Source: the human T2T-CHM13v2.0 reference genome, Homo sapiens. Taken from it: 64,000 nucleotides of DNA. Where the stretch lies: the NCBI RefSeq assembly GCF_009914755.1, contig NC_060931.1; one strand, 5' to 3'. The notes under the pieces are model-generated. The model saw only the letters and a list, made by a program, of their open reading frames with translations, was not told where the DNA came from and searched no databases. Every line of letters starts with the position of its first letter. The stretch's first letter is position 1. This document shows, piece after piece, positions 29,266 through 49,732 of this stretch. Made by a program: the position numbers and the translations under genes.

Positions 29266-31221
29266 TGACCGTAGGAGATAGCAGAGCTAGCGACAGATTC
29301 CTGTCTCAGTCACAGTTATACATCAGCACGTCCCAAGTCCCTGTTAGCGTGTCCAAACAGAAGTCTTTCTCTAGAAGACAGGGAGTTGGAGCTTCGGGCC
29401 AGACACACACAGCATGAATCAATTCCATATTTGCTTTCAAGTCCGTGCAGTCCATTTAACCATCCATAGGTTTTTCTCGCTCTTTTCCTCTTTTTGTTTT
29501 CTTTTAGAAAGCCATGTTTGCATTGCCTCATCATATTTTTCTCAAATTTTGTTCAAACTCAAAGCCTGGGGCTCACAGATGACTAATAAAATTTTACTCA
29601 CATAGATGTAGAGAAACGTCGACAAGCAGTTTTGGTTTGGTTTTGGTTTCACTAGTGGATAATTTTGTTAACCGTTGTCTCTGCACTTGGTAACCCATGC
29701 CTAAAAAAAAAAGTAGCGTTAAACAGGGAATGTCTTGGAGTATTTTTTCCAAAGAATATCGTAACGCATTCTTGACAAAAATGTCTTTTTTTCTTTCTTT
29801 CTTTAGGCTATTTATTTTCACTTTAAATGAACTGATAAGGAATGCACAAATATGCTTGACAGAAAATACCTAATCCCAATTTCCTTGCAGTATTTAAGAT
29901 TCAAATTTGATCCGAATCTTTAATGTTTCTTTTCTTTGTATACCGTGTATGTATGTGTGTGTGTATATCCTAGTAATTTCAAAGAAAGAATTCAACTTTG
30001 CAGGCTCTAAATGGGGCAGATTAGTAGATACTCATCAGAGGCCATCATGCTGACTGATAAAAGAAAAACAAATTTTCCTTCAAGGCAGTATGATAACAAT
30101 CTCTTAACCACTGGGAGGAATGTTTATGACATTCATCTCTGAGCTGTGAACTGCCAAAATGAGGCACGCCTAGCAACATAACCTGGCCGACCCTAGGCCG
30201 CGAGCTCTCTGTACACAGCCTGTCACTAGGTGCAATGCAGGATGTGGCCACCAGCCCTTTGCGTGTTTTTCTGGATGGCGTCAAAATGGCCTCTTGGATT
30301 AAAGTCAGGAAGCTTAATAAATAAAATATACTCTTCTTCCATCCTTCCCTTAAAAGTTATTCTTCTTCTCTGCATGTGGGCAAGAAACAGCCCTTATAGG
30401 GGAGCCTCCTGAATACTCTGTGGTCCTCTGATCCTTGCACACCAGCACCAAGCCAGCATGGCAGCCTGCTGCTCTCCTCAACTTTGCCATATCTGTCTTG
30501 GCACCATCCGTAAGACCTGCCTGGTCTTAGTTTTAACTCAAGTTTTACCTTATTGTCATTCCATTTGTTTTTGCATTTTCTGCCCAATACTCTTGAGCCC
30601 CCATCCAAGACAGGTCTCTAAAATTCTTGTCTCGTGTTTTCACTCACAGCTGCTCTCTAAAATTGTTTTCAATGTCCCCATGAGGTTTCGTGTTTAGGGA
30701 CCTGCTTTTCCTACTGCCTTCCCTCCGTCTTCTCATCAGACTTTGGCTTTCTTATCCCATCTGGTGCACAAGTGCTCTTTGCAACCCAAAAGTCCTCCAA
30801 CTGTGGCTTCCTTTTGAGCCTTTCTCACGTGCTGTGTCTTGGAGATGGCTCTGTATCCACGTTCTTTGCTCTGAAACTGGTCACTTGTCCTTGTAAGGAG
30901 CAAGAGACTTCTGTGACACTGATGTTGAACCCTTTCTTCCACTGGTTCAGTGTTGCAAAGTTGGAAGAAAAGTGATACTGGGCGTTGGGCTCTTAAAACG
31001 TGATTCTTTACACTAGATGATCCCGGGAGTCCAGACAGTCGGGCTGGATTGCCACATCATTGCCTTATTGACCACATGCAGCCATCTTGGCTTTCTGGAA
31101 GCTCTTCTTCTGTGCTCTTGGTTGAGGCTCTTAACATGCAGAGAGATTCTTGCTCCCAGCAGACTCCCCCTCACCCTCATCCCTGGTCCATCTCCCCCAT
31201 TAAGCTTCCTCTGAAATCTAG

Positions 31222-32660
<1,439 letters not shown>

Positions 32661-34071
32661 GAGCAAGAACGAGGAAGAAGAAACCCTAGGCAGACACCAG
32701 GCCAGGCTTGAGAGACAGAACTCCTGCATGGCTCACACAGACTGGGGGGGAAAGCCCCACCCCTTCCCCTTGTAAAAAATGTATAGACTCAGTGCACATT
32801 TTGAAATGTTTTGTATATTATATGTTGAGATTTTTCAGATCTTTTAGCCCAGTCATATGTTCTCACGTCTCCTACTTTTTGTTTCTCGTATAAAACTTTT
32901 TGATTTGAACCAAAACAGTGAAGATGACAACACACACCAATTGGATGATAATTGTAGCGGGGGCGGTGGGGGGGAGAAGTCCACGCCATCCATCATGCAA
33001 AATTCTTTCAGATGAGGTGGGAAGGCCGTGTACATAGTTATGTAAAAAGAGATTGCTTCATGAGCTAATGGTTCATATATGCAAAAGGGTAAGATGAAAG
33101 CTTTACTTTGTACAAATGTAAATAGATAAAGTAACATAATACATTAATACTTCTTAAAATGTGCTATTTGCAAACTTACTTAATATCAGTGAACACAGTC
33201 GGCTAAAGCTGTGTTCCCATATATTGTTATAGACAGCTAAACCCTTCAACTATGCAATGAATGTTCGGGCTTTTCACAAAAGCCCGCCTAACTCAAAGGA
33301 GCCTTTTCAAATCCATTTACAGCATACTTAAGGTCATATTTTCCCTGAACAAGCGCTTACGTGATATGACTCTGTTTTCCTTGCTTGTTTTTTTTCAAAC
33401 GGAGAAACATCCTGTTTTGCAAATTGGACCCCAGGCTGGAACTTAGCATCTGAAGTTGCCGCTTGTGGGCTCTGGGGGAAAGTGTAGCCCCGGAGAGGTA
33501 ACTGAGGACATGAGCAACCAGTGCCAGGGAGGGTGGGATTTGCCAGATGCCAAAATCAGGGGACGGGTGGTGGTGTCTGTCAGACACACACAGGTCGCCA
33601 GTGACTTCACACACACCTCATGTGAGAACCATGCCTTTTTTAGTGTGTCCTATTTCATACCTGTACACACTTCCTCGTTTTGTAATGAGATTTACTTACA
33701 CCCAAACAGATCCTGAAAGAAAGCTTCAAGTTTTCTCAGATGATGGATATGTTTTCACTGTATTCAATAACTGACGGATGTAAGGTGCACGTTTCCTGAT
33801 GTGACGCACTGTATTCCAGCTGGTGATCAAGTCTGGGAACAGCCGTAACAGGTCAACCTTGTGGAGCCATCGCGAGTTAGAGGGTGAAAGATGGCAGAAA
33901 AAAAAGTCTTGTGTGTGAGTGTGTTTTTTGAGTTTGCATCAATCTTAATGTCTCTTCATAATACTTTTATAATACATTAAGCCTCTTGTCTACATATTTG
34001 GAGAGAATATGACTTTACTAGCAGAGAAATACAATATATCTTGTCTACTGGACTGTAAAATATATGTATGA

Positions 34072-34077
34072 AATAAA
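34072..34077 (+). terminator. Poly(A) signal AATAAA (proximal)
   Basis: tgtatgaAATAAAattag with TGTA elements upstream. Confidence 0.55.
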
Positions 34078-34396
34078 ATTAGTTCCATTTGGTCTTCTAG
34101 TATATTAAAGTGCTATCTGACGTTGTTATCCTGTTTTTGCAAAAAAAAAAAAAAAAAAAAGTTAACTACAGACCATTGTTTCTAATAAGCAGAGAGATCT
34201 ATTTTAGTAGTAAACTGAAGGTTTAGTTGTGAGCTTCAGATTTTGTGAACTCCAGATGTTGTGCGGTGTTTTTTTTTTTTTTTAAGACAACAACTAAAAA
34301 AATGCAAGGAATATGTACACTGGAACTGTAGTGGTAGCTTTCAGTATTGTAAAGAGATTGTTCTATACGGACCTTTTTGCTGTTTATCCTGTATGT

Positions 34397-34402
34397 AATA
34401 AA
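34397..34402 (+). terminator. Poly(A) signal AATAAA
   Basis: ctgtatgtAATAAAgtcc with two TGTA (CFIm) elements immediately upstream. Confidence 0.65.
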
Positions 34403-34503
34403 GTCCTTTCTAGATCCTATGTGAAAAGAAAAGTGAAGCAACTGAATCTTCAGCATGTTCTCATCGGCGGAGCCTTCTTGTGTAATGTAAACTGTGCCAT
34501 GTT

Positions 34504-34509
34504 ATTAAA
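34504..34509 (+). terminator. Poly(A) signal ATTAAA with GU-rich downstream element
   Basis: gttATTAAAaaatg, followed about 25 nt later by ttgtttgtgtg. Confidence 0.65.
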
Positions 34510-36176
34510 AAATGTGAACTAAGCTTCCAGCTGCTTGTTTGTGTGAGGTGACCATCATTACCTTAGGGAAGAAGCCATACCTGTACAAGACCGGGCTCTT
34601 GAAAAGAAACACCTCGAACCCAGCCCGTGTAAGAACAGAAGGCTCACCTGCAGTGGCTGACCACCCTACCCAACTCGGTTAGTGTCTCACCAATTTGTTA
34701 CTATAAACATTTGCACCCCACACAGTCGCTTGTGGTTTGTTTTTTGAGGAGGGGGGGGTTCTGTTAGTTTTTCGTATGTCCAAGATACTGTAAAAGGTAC
34801 TTCTGGATTTTGTAGACGTGTGTACAGTGTGGGCCACGTTAGCCAGTTGTTTGTGCCTGGCTACTTCAAAACTCAGCGAAAGTGTTTGCTTTTCCAGCAG
34901 TGATGAGAATTCTGACCTAGGGCCTGTGACAACAGTTTTTGCTTGCTCGTTGTATTGCATTTCAATCTGTGGACTCGGTCAGTCATATGTTACTTAAGAC
35001 CTTCCAGATTTTTTTTTCCTGTCTTAGCTTTTTCTCTCTTTTAATTACGTGGTGTAGTCCTCATCAGTTTGCAGTCTCCCTGTCCTCTAAAATCTGTTTT
35101 GTTTTTTTCCATGATGTTAAAAAAACAAAAAAATGTTAAATTTTCTTATACCGACCTGATGAAATTGCTATTTGGATGAGATTATTTGCATGGGTGTTTG
35201 TATGTTACTAGGGAAAAAGTAAAAGCAGTTCAAGTTAGCAAGATCTGGGTAGCTGCTGAATGGGAATCAGAATAGAAATGTTCAGAAATTAGCGGGGGGG
35301 CAGATCTGTGGTTGGCGAGTGCTGTGGACTCCCGTGGTTTCACAGGGGCATCTGAGAAGTGCATCCAAGGCACTGGAAAAGTCAGTCCAGGGCGAGAAAA
35401 GGGCACTGAGAAGTCGGTCCGGTTGCAGACATCCGCTAATCTGGGCAGAGCAGTGACTTCTTGAATAAAAGCCCATTTCACACAGCCCTGTTTTCCTACG
35501 TTAATAACTGACTCCAAACTGGAAAAAATAAGGAAGAAAAACCCAGTGGATTGGAAAACACGATAAACACTGTGTTTTTCCACATCAGGCACTTCTCAGG
35601 CCCCTGCAGACAGTAGCAGTGGCGCCTTGCTTTGCTATTTTTCACTGCTCCAATTGTACACCTATTTTGACGTCGCCATCTGCAATGTCAGAACGTAGGA
35701 GAGTCAAGCTCTCAAATCAGCCACGGTATCTAATCCCCAGGGCTTCATTCATCTCACCCTTTGCATATTTTCCCCCTAATTACGCTCAGCTCCTCGGCAC
35801 TGATGGGTACCAGCACCAATTTGATTTCCTGCTAACCTATAGATGCTCTAATTATCTCCCCCATCTTTGACTGACAATGATCTTGTTACCTTCTAATGGT
35901 ACATGACAGGTAAAATAGCGAATATAATGATGCAATAATTAACCACTTTGGATGGATATTTGCCACGGCATTTGCTGTTTATCCATTTTTCTGCCTCAAT
36001 CAAGGTAGATGAGGGGAAATAAGACGCAATTGTTGACATTCTTTACATACGTAGCATAAAAGAAGTTGAAGACAGAATTTTGCAGTGCAGGTAGCTGTGC
36101 ACTTGTGGGGTGCCCAAGGCCTTGTGTGTATTCATGCTGGAAAACAAACTAGGCCTCAGTGGCATCAATCGGTTGA

Positions 36177-36572
<396 letters not shown>

Positions 36573-37048
36573 TGAAAAATTCTTAAACATGCAAAGTCTT
36601 CTTGCAATAAAATAGGGTTATTTTCCAGATAGGAAATCATATTATCTAAGGCTGTCAATTCCACAATATGAAATTGCTAGTCTTTGCCACTGTCACAAGT
36701 ACTAAGCTAAGGTTTGCGTGTCTCACGCCCAAAATGCTACAAGTTCCTAATGATGAGCTTGGTGGGAAGGAGTCCTTGGGCCACAGTCATGGGGGCTGAA
36801 TCCACCCCGTGTGCCTTCACAGTCGGTGACCCCGTGCACAAAGAGCCTCTTTGGAACTCAGTTTCTTAATGTGCAAAGTGACACAATCTGAACAAAATGA
36901 AGCCTAAAAACATGAAGGTCGTAAGCCCAAAATTCATCAGCATGGCGTGGGTGGAATTTTGCTGTGTGCCGTCCCAAGGTTTATAGAAATTGCAGACTGG
37001 GTAGAGAATGGCCCACAGCCCACACAAAAAGGAAAATAACTTTTTCTA

Positions 37049-37658
<610 letters not shown>

Positions 37659-38097
37659 CTTCAGTGGCTAAAGATTCTTGCTAAAGATTTGCTGAAATGT
37701 TTGGCAAGTCCAAAAGGAATGAGTGGGTGACTACAGGGCTTCTAACTCACAGGTGTTTCTCACCTGGTAAGGGGAGGAGCTGATTAAAACAGCATCTAGT
37801 TAAGGCACCCAGGGTATTGTCACAGAATCGCCACCTGCTGTTCTACCCAAAATGTGCCCTGATGCTGACGGACACAAGATGGAGCTTAGCCTCTGGGCCC
37901 GTGTTCGGAGAACTCTGTGGCCTGGAAGAACAGAGACCGGACCAGAAGCCTTCAAATCCTAGGCTTGTGTGCTGTGCAGTTATTGGGCAAATAGGCCTTA
38001 GTTTCCTCATCTGTAACTTGAATTTGTTGGGTGATGTTGAAAGGCCTCTTCAAGATCTGTTTGGATTTTGGATTTTGCGTCTCTATTCGGCCTCAGA

Positions 38098-38709
<612 letters not shown>

Positions 38710-39227
38710 CTACACCTGGCCCCTTTTTAAACATGATTTACCTTCTCACACCCTGCACTCCAGGAAGGCCAAGTGAGTTGCTATTCCACATGCTTCCTGG
38801 CAGCGTCTTATCAGCATCTGTCTGCAGAGTATCTTTTACCTCTTTCCAAAGGCCCTGGTGTCAGAATCTGAGCCACACTAAAGGTCAGCACAAAGCCATC
38901 TCCGTAAATCCTTCCCTCTTTGGGGCTGTCTTAGGGCCTGGCTTGGGCTTCTCCCCCACCTTCCACTCAGCGCTTCCTGTTCTGCGGTTCTGCACCTCTC
39001 TATCTGGATCCTCAGCTCCTGGAGGCAGCGGCCTGTGTTTGATGCTCCAGAGGCCACCCCTGGGCTGGTTCACTGAACGGAATAGGCTGCACAGAGCCCT
39101 GTTTTTAATCAACTGCAACACGCACACATGATCATCTAGACACACACACCGGAAACAAGCTTAATGAAACCATACCCTTCTTAAGTGCAGTGAACTCTTG
39201 ATTTTTTAATTCCACTCTTTTCTAATT

Positions 39228-39516
39228 CTTTTTGTATTTTTGAGACACAGTTTCACTCTGTCGCCCAGGCTGTCGTGCAGCAGTGCAATCTTGGCTCACA
39301 ATAACCTCCACCTCCCGGGTTCAAGTGATTCTCCTGCCTCAGCCTCAGCTGGGATTACAGGCACGCGCCACCACGCCCAGCTAATTTTTGTATTTTTAGT
39401 AGAGATGGGGTTTTACCATGTTGGCCAGGCTGGTCTCGAACTCCTGACCTCAGGTGATCCACCCGCCTCAGCCTCCCAAAGTGCTGGGATTATAGGCATA
39501 AGCCACCACGCCCAGC
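39228..39516 (-). mobile_element. AluS
   Basis: Dimer with small right-arm deletion; ctaattc flanks both sides. Confidence 0.88.
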
Positions 39517-39999
39517 CTCTAATTCATTTTTTAAAATGCTGGTTGCAACCCACTACCTCATCTCACAGCCCCTGTGAATCATGAGTGTCAATGCCTAGTT
39601 TGAAAAACAGTATCATGGAAAAAATCCTCCAGGCCTTAAAGGAGGGTGAGGCTCAAGGATGAGGGTCAACACTATTTTCTGCTGTCAACCTAAAGCCCCT
39701 ACTCTGTTCTTGCTGGCTATCCCAGCAGCCTCTGACCTGGTCTCTCCCCTGCACCACCCTCTACACTTCTGCCCGTTCTCATCACATCTCTTCCAGGTCC
39801 CCAAACCATCCTCTACTTCAAGAGCTCGCCCCAGTGGAGCCCAGACTTCTTACCTGGGCTCCTGGGCTGAACACCTCTAGTGCCCAGAGATCTGTTGGCT
39901 TCATCTCCCACACGCCATTCCCGGTCGACGGTCCTCCACCTCTTCCCCATCTGGCAAACTCATTCATGCTTTGAGATTCACCTCAAAGGCATCTACCTT

Positions 40000-40108
40000 G
40001 GGATCACTTGAGCCTTAGAGGTCAAGGCTGCAGTGAGCCATGATCTCAACACTGTACTCCAGCCTGGACGACAAAGTGGGGCCTTGTCTCAGGAAAAACA
40101 AACATAAA
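40000..40108 (+). mobile_element. Alu right-arm fragment
   Basis: ggatcacttgagcc...gctgcagtgagccatgat...ctccagcctgg. Confidence 0.75.
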
Positions 40109-40175
40109 AGGCCTTCACTTCCATGATGCCTCTCCTGATTGCCCCTTGTCCCCCATCGTAGTTAACTGTTTAGAC

Positions 40176-40699
<524 letters not shown>

Positions 40700-40974
40700 A
40701 CTTAGACCACAGAAGGTCAAGAGAAAGTTCTGGCAAAAAGCTGCACCAAGAAGTGCCAGGTAACAGCAAATGATCATAGAAGAAAAGCGGTATTCTCTTA
40801 AGGACCTTCCAGCCTGACCCTTGATCCTGCTGGATTATGAAGAGGTTGTAACCTTGTTTGAGCCAGAATGATGCTTTCAGCTTCCGGATCTATCCCAGCT
40901 CCTTTCCAGTGTATGTTCACTAATTCCTGCATCACTAGCAGGATGAGCTGGATGGAGAAGTTGGCCTCTCCCCA

Positions 40975-41222
40975 GCAACAATGATAGTAGCCAATGTTAA
41001 CTGAGTGCTTTTGGCATGTCAGGCACTGTTTTGCATGCTTCTAACTGGATTATCTCCCTTACTGGTCTCAGCGACCTTGCAAGGCAGGTATAGGTGCAAC
41101 TTCAAATGGACAAATAAGAAAAATGAGGCACAAAAAGGTGAAGTCATTTGCCCATGTTCAAGTGCATAACCTAAATACACACCCAGGCAGTTCCCCTCTA
41201 GAGCCTGCACCATAACCATGGC
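40975..41222 (-). mobile_element. MIR/MIRb
   Basis: ctgagtgctt...tgtcaggcactgtt...aaaatgaggcaca...gaagtcatttgccca. Confidence 0.78.
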
Positions 41223-41772
41223 CCTGTGCTACCAAAGAGAAAAGGCTTGCTGAGTTAATTCACCATATAAACAGCCAATGTTTACCTGCCAAACACACAC
41301 TTGTAATTAGCACCCAGGCTGGAGTGCACTGGGATATCATAGCTCAATGCAGCCTCAAACTTGAACAGGGAGACTGAAAACTAAATTTGGAAAAGGCTTC
41401 GAAGGCCAGGGAATAAGAGTCTTCCTTGCAAGGACTTCAAACTTTGTCCTGTGAGCAATTGGGAACTTCTCAAATTTCTGCAAGTAAAGTTTTAGGGAGA
41501 TAAATTTGGTGGCAGTGAGGGTAGAGTCCACTGACAAATGAAACCAACCACTGATGCTGCCACACCCCATAGTCCCAGGTAGCCCGCAGGCCCACGTGAA
41601 TTCCTCCTGCTTTTGGTTTAGTGTCATTTCCAACCTCAGCCCCACTCAGACATCCTGCGGCTTGACCCAAGCCAGTGTCTATATGCTGTGGCCTGCATTC
41701 ACCTCTCTAGACAGTTAGAGGGGGTTCCCATCTAGTCATCATGATACCCCATGCATTGTGACCCCATCTTCA

Positions 41773-42501
41773 CGTAATTGCCTGACCAGTTTCTTGCCTG
41801 CTGCCCAGAAAAGCCAAACACCAAGAACAGCAGGAGTTGCAGCAATGAAAGAGTTTAATAATCACTGGGCCAGGCAAACAGAAGGATGGGAGAGGTTTCT
41901 TAAATCCACCTCCCTGAGAATTTGGAGACTAGAGTTTTTCAAGGATAATTTGGCTGGTGGGTAGGCTAGAGAATGGGGAATGCTGATTGGTTGGGTTGGG
42001 GATGAAATCACAGGGGATGGAAGCTGTCTTCTTGCATTGAATCAGTTTCTGGCTAGTGGTCACAGATCTGGTTGATCCAGTTTCTTGGTATGGCTCATTG
42101 GTCCAGGTGGTGCCAGTTAGTCTATCAGAATGCAAGGTCTGAAATATGCCCTGAACACCAGTCTTAGGTTTTACAATAGTAATGTTATCTATAGGAACAA
42201 CTGGGAAGGTTACAACTCTTGTGACCACTGGCTACCTGACTGCTGAGCCATAATTCTAATCTTGTGGCAAATCTGTTAGTTTTAGACAAAGGTGGTTTCG
42301 GTCCCCAAGCAAGGAGGGGTTAGTTTTAGGAAGATACTGTTATCATCTTTGTTTTAAAGTTAAACTATAAACTAAATTCCTCCCGTAGTTAATTTGGCCT
42401 ACACCCAGGAATGAGCAAAGATAGTTTGCTTGTGAATTTAGAAGCAAGATGGAGTTAGGTATATCAGACTTGTTACCATAACTTTTGCAAAGGTGGTTTC
42501 A
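41773..42501 (-). mobile_element. Solo LTR, LTR8-family (ERV1)
   Basis: The minus strand starts TGAAACCACCTTTGCAAAAGTTATG, matching the recalled LTR8 start; about 730 bp; imperfect 4-bp TSD ttca/ttta. Confidence 0.75.
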
Positions 42502-43424
42502 TTTAGGCTGCCAGCATCAAGAGATGCTCATATATATTTATCCCTCTCCTCACCTCCTTCCTCCACCCACAAGGGTCAGGAGACAGCATCAAACTCTGCA
42601 CCCCATGACACTGCCCCATGTCAGAGCCTCACCAGCACCCCATTGCCTTGGGACCTCAGGGCTAATTTCCTCATGCCTTATCCCCAGTGTCAAGTCCTAA
42701 TGGTTCCATCTCCCACCTTCCTCATATCCTAAGCCCTCATATCCATCTCTCTTCTCTGGACCATCCTTTCACCATCCTACTGTCCTGGGAGGACACAGGC
42801 TCCTCTGCAGCTCTCTAGAATGGGGGCATCTTCTCTCCGTCATCCTCCTCACTATGCCCTGAGGTGGGCAGGGGTCATCCTGCTCTGGCTGCTGCTCTCA
42901 GAGCATCCTCCCAGCTCCTGTCACCCTGGGAGCAATCAGCTGCTGACCACTCCCTGCTCAGTCCTCCAAGATGTTTCCCCAGATCACTGACAGCACTTCT
43001 ATCACCATTTTCTTTCACCATTTTCATATCCTCAGGGAGCCTCTGCTCTCTCATGTTGTCACTCCCTGGGCTCTGGCTCAATCAATAACTGCAGCTACTC
43101 CCTGATCTCGTCTCCAGTACTGCACTCTGACCCTGCCCCTTGCTGCCTCCTCCCTTACAACCTCCCAACTCAGCAATCCTTTGGTTCTACCATGGCCCTA
43201 TCTCTGGCTTCCCTCTTTGTTCACTTCCTTCCTTCCTCAATTGAAGAATTATTATAATCATTTCCTTGCTTATATCCTCAATGCTATCGTTCCTCTCTTG
43301 CTCTGTTGAGCCACATACTGCAGCAGCTACATCTGAACCTTGGTTAATTAAATGCATTTCTTCCCTCCCCATGATTAGGTGAGAGAAAAGCACAAAATTG
43401 TGCTGTGATCATGAGCTTTTTTAA

Positions 43425-43605
43425 AAAAAGCAATAGTTTTTGGGATACAGGTGGTTTGTGGTTACATGGATAAGTTATTTAGTGGCAACTTCTGAGATTT
43501 TAGTGCACCTGTCACTGGAGCAGTGTATGCTGTACCCAATATGTAGTCATTTTTCCCTCAACCCCCTGCCAATCTTCCCCACTGAGTCCCCAAAGTCCAT
43601 TATAT
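43425..43605 (-). mobile_element. L1PB-type 3' end fragment
   Basis: ggttacatggataagtt...gagattttagtgcacc...gagtccccaaagtccatt. Confidence 0.7.
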
Positions 43606-44284
43606 GTGATCATGACTTTAGGTGGGGCCTTAATGCTTCCTGGAAATCACATTTGTTTTCTACTCTCGTGGGTGGCAGTCATGCCTGAGAGTTGGCTTGT
43701 CCAAGACTGATTTCCTTCAGGCTGGCCTGTGAAACTCTGAAAACCAGCTATAATACAAAGCTTAAAGCCATCAATCTTGGAAAACTGGAAGGCTCAGATA
43801 CCAGCCCTCATCCCACCCAGGGAAGAACTAAGGCCTCCCCCCACAAACCATGAACACTTAGCTGGCAGGACAGCACCAGAGCAAAGGTGCCCAGACATTG
43901 CATTGCTCTTCTGTCCTGGCCCCAGTTGATACCACAGAAGGAGCCAGAGCTTTCCTACTTATGCAAGTTAAAGACCCTGTGGACCAAAGATTAAAGTGTC
44001 TATCCAGGAGTCTAGACTTGGGCAAGAGGGACCTTTTGCCTGGACACACACACATTTAGTAAAGAGCACATGGCCACCTCTGTCACTTGGGACTCACTGT
44101 GTAGAGTATTGCTGTTTAACAGCTGCCAGTCCCCTAAACATTCTCTCTTCTGGCTGCCACCACCTAGACCCCAGGGACCTGCTTCATGTCTTGCCTCGTG
44201 TCCTCAAGGTAGGAGGCAGCTGCTTCCAGGATCCCAAATCAACATATCCAGGATCAAAATAAACAAAATCAACATTCGATCCTG

Positions 44285-46880
<2,596 letters not shown>

Positions 46881-47048
46881 AATTGAAGAAGGGGGGAAAA
46901 AAACAGCAGCTGCTTCCAAATGCCATAAGGTTGTTTATGTCAACACTGGAGACAGAGTCAGCTTCAGAGAGAGGTGGCAACACTTCGCACAGGAAAACCC
47001 TGTTTAATTCATGCATCAAACCCTTCTTCTCAAGATCGTGTTACTATG

Positions 47049-47092
47049 AAAAGTAATGGCAGAAACCACAATTACTTTTGCACCAACCTAAT
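47049..47092. mobile_element. MADE1 (Hsmar1-derived MITE), half copy
   Basis: aaaagtaatggcagaaaccacaattacttttgcaccaacctaata corresponds to the mariner TIR plus TA. Confidence 0.8.
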
Positions 47093-47321
47093 ATGCTAGA
47101 TTTTTGCATAATATAGTGTTGTTTCTCAGGGTAGAGCTTCCAGCTTCTCACTCGTTGTGCTATTCCAGTATGTGGTTCTTGATATATGCATGAATGGGCA
47201 CTGTATTCACAACATCTGCACGTAGCAACTGAGGAAATTTCCTAATGATGAATAACTGGTATGACTCTTACATTTCCATCTACGCAGGACCAGAGGTAAT
47301 ACGAAAAAAGCATGATACTGA

Positions 47322-47657
<336 letters not shown>

Positions 47658-47926
47658 TAGAATTCTAGAATTGCTCATAGGTATATTTTTATAAATTATT
47701 TGCTAAAATTTAAAATATTTTCAAATCTCAAGATAGTATTACTGAATCAAATGGCATTAAAAAATTTTAATATAAAAACTGTTCTCCAATAGTTATAATT
47801 TATAGTTTGACTTTAATTTGGAGATACTTTTGAATATCTAAAAGTCACTGAAAGTAGGCAAAATAATTTTAATTTTTAAATACTTTCTCAATGGAAACTT
47901 ATTCAAATGTTGGGCAACTTGAATAA

Positions 47927-48235
<309 letters not shown>

Positions 48236-48644
48236 CCTTCACTGAACTTTTGGATGATAATGGTTTCCATTTCCCCAGCTCATTCCTTATTGCCTTGGAG
48301 AATCCTGGATCCCTGGGCTTCTTGTAGAACATCCTTATTTGATGGATCTTCTGGCTGTACATCCACCTGAGCTCCCCATTTCCCTGCATTTTTAAATCCG
48401 TTTCTCCATCTATGGCAGCAACTCAAGATCATGGAGGGCATTGTACTTTTCCTCCCTATTAGGGGCAGGATGTGCTTGGCTGAGTCTTCCTGTAGGCTCA
48501 CCTGACAAGAGGGGCTATCGGGGCAGGTCCTGGATGCATAGGCAACGTTGTTTTGTAGGGGACAACATTATCCCCAAACAAGGAGGGAGTGACTGTTCTT
48601 AATAAGGAGAGGTGGGCATGTCTGTAGGCTCTGAAGTTTCAGCA

Positions 48645-49301
<657 letters not shown>

Positions 49302-49732
49302 GAGGTGGGTACTTCTGGAGGCTAAGAAGGTTCAGCAGAATCTGATAGTTCTAAATATTTGGGGGAATCTTATGTATCAGGGTCCCACATACCCTGACCT
49401 AGATACCTTAGACCTGGAGTATTTAAGCCGCTCAGGAGCTCAGCCACGGTAATGTCAAGTCTTGAGCCTGGTCTTCAGCTTTTGGCGCCCTCTTGCCACA
49501 GCATGTGAGAACCTTTGTAAGTTCCCTGGGGGGCCCTGGGAATTTCACACACGGCTTTTAATTGTCGGTTCATCACCCACAGCTTCTTAATATATTTTCC
49601 TAGGATATCAATGACACTTAGCAATAATTACCTAATTATTTGTTACTGTTTTTTCTCTCTTCTCTTTCATTTCACAGATAATAACTATAAATTCTGGGCA
49701 AAATTAAAAGAAAGCAAACAAGAGGAAGAAGA

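Noticed and set aside
32959-32974. G-rich stretch in the 3'UTR as an RNA G-quadruplex
   Set aside because: Does not supply four clear G3 tracts.
49483-49498. Minus-strand GGCAAGAGGGCGCC as a CTCF site
   Set aside because: Lacks the conserved 5' CC of the core; too weak to call without ChIP data.
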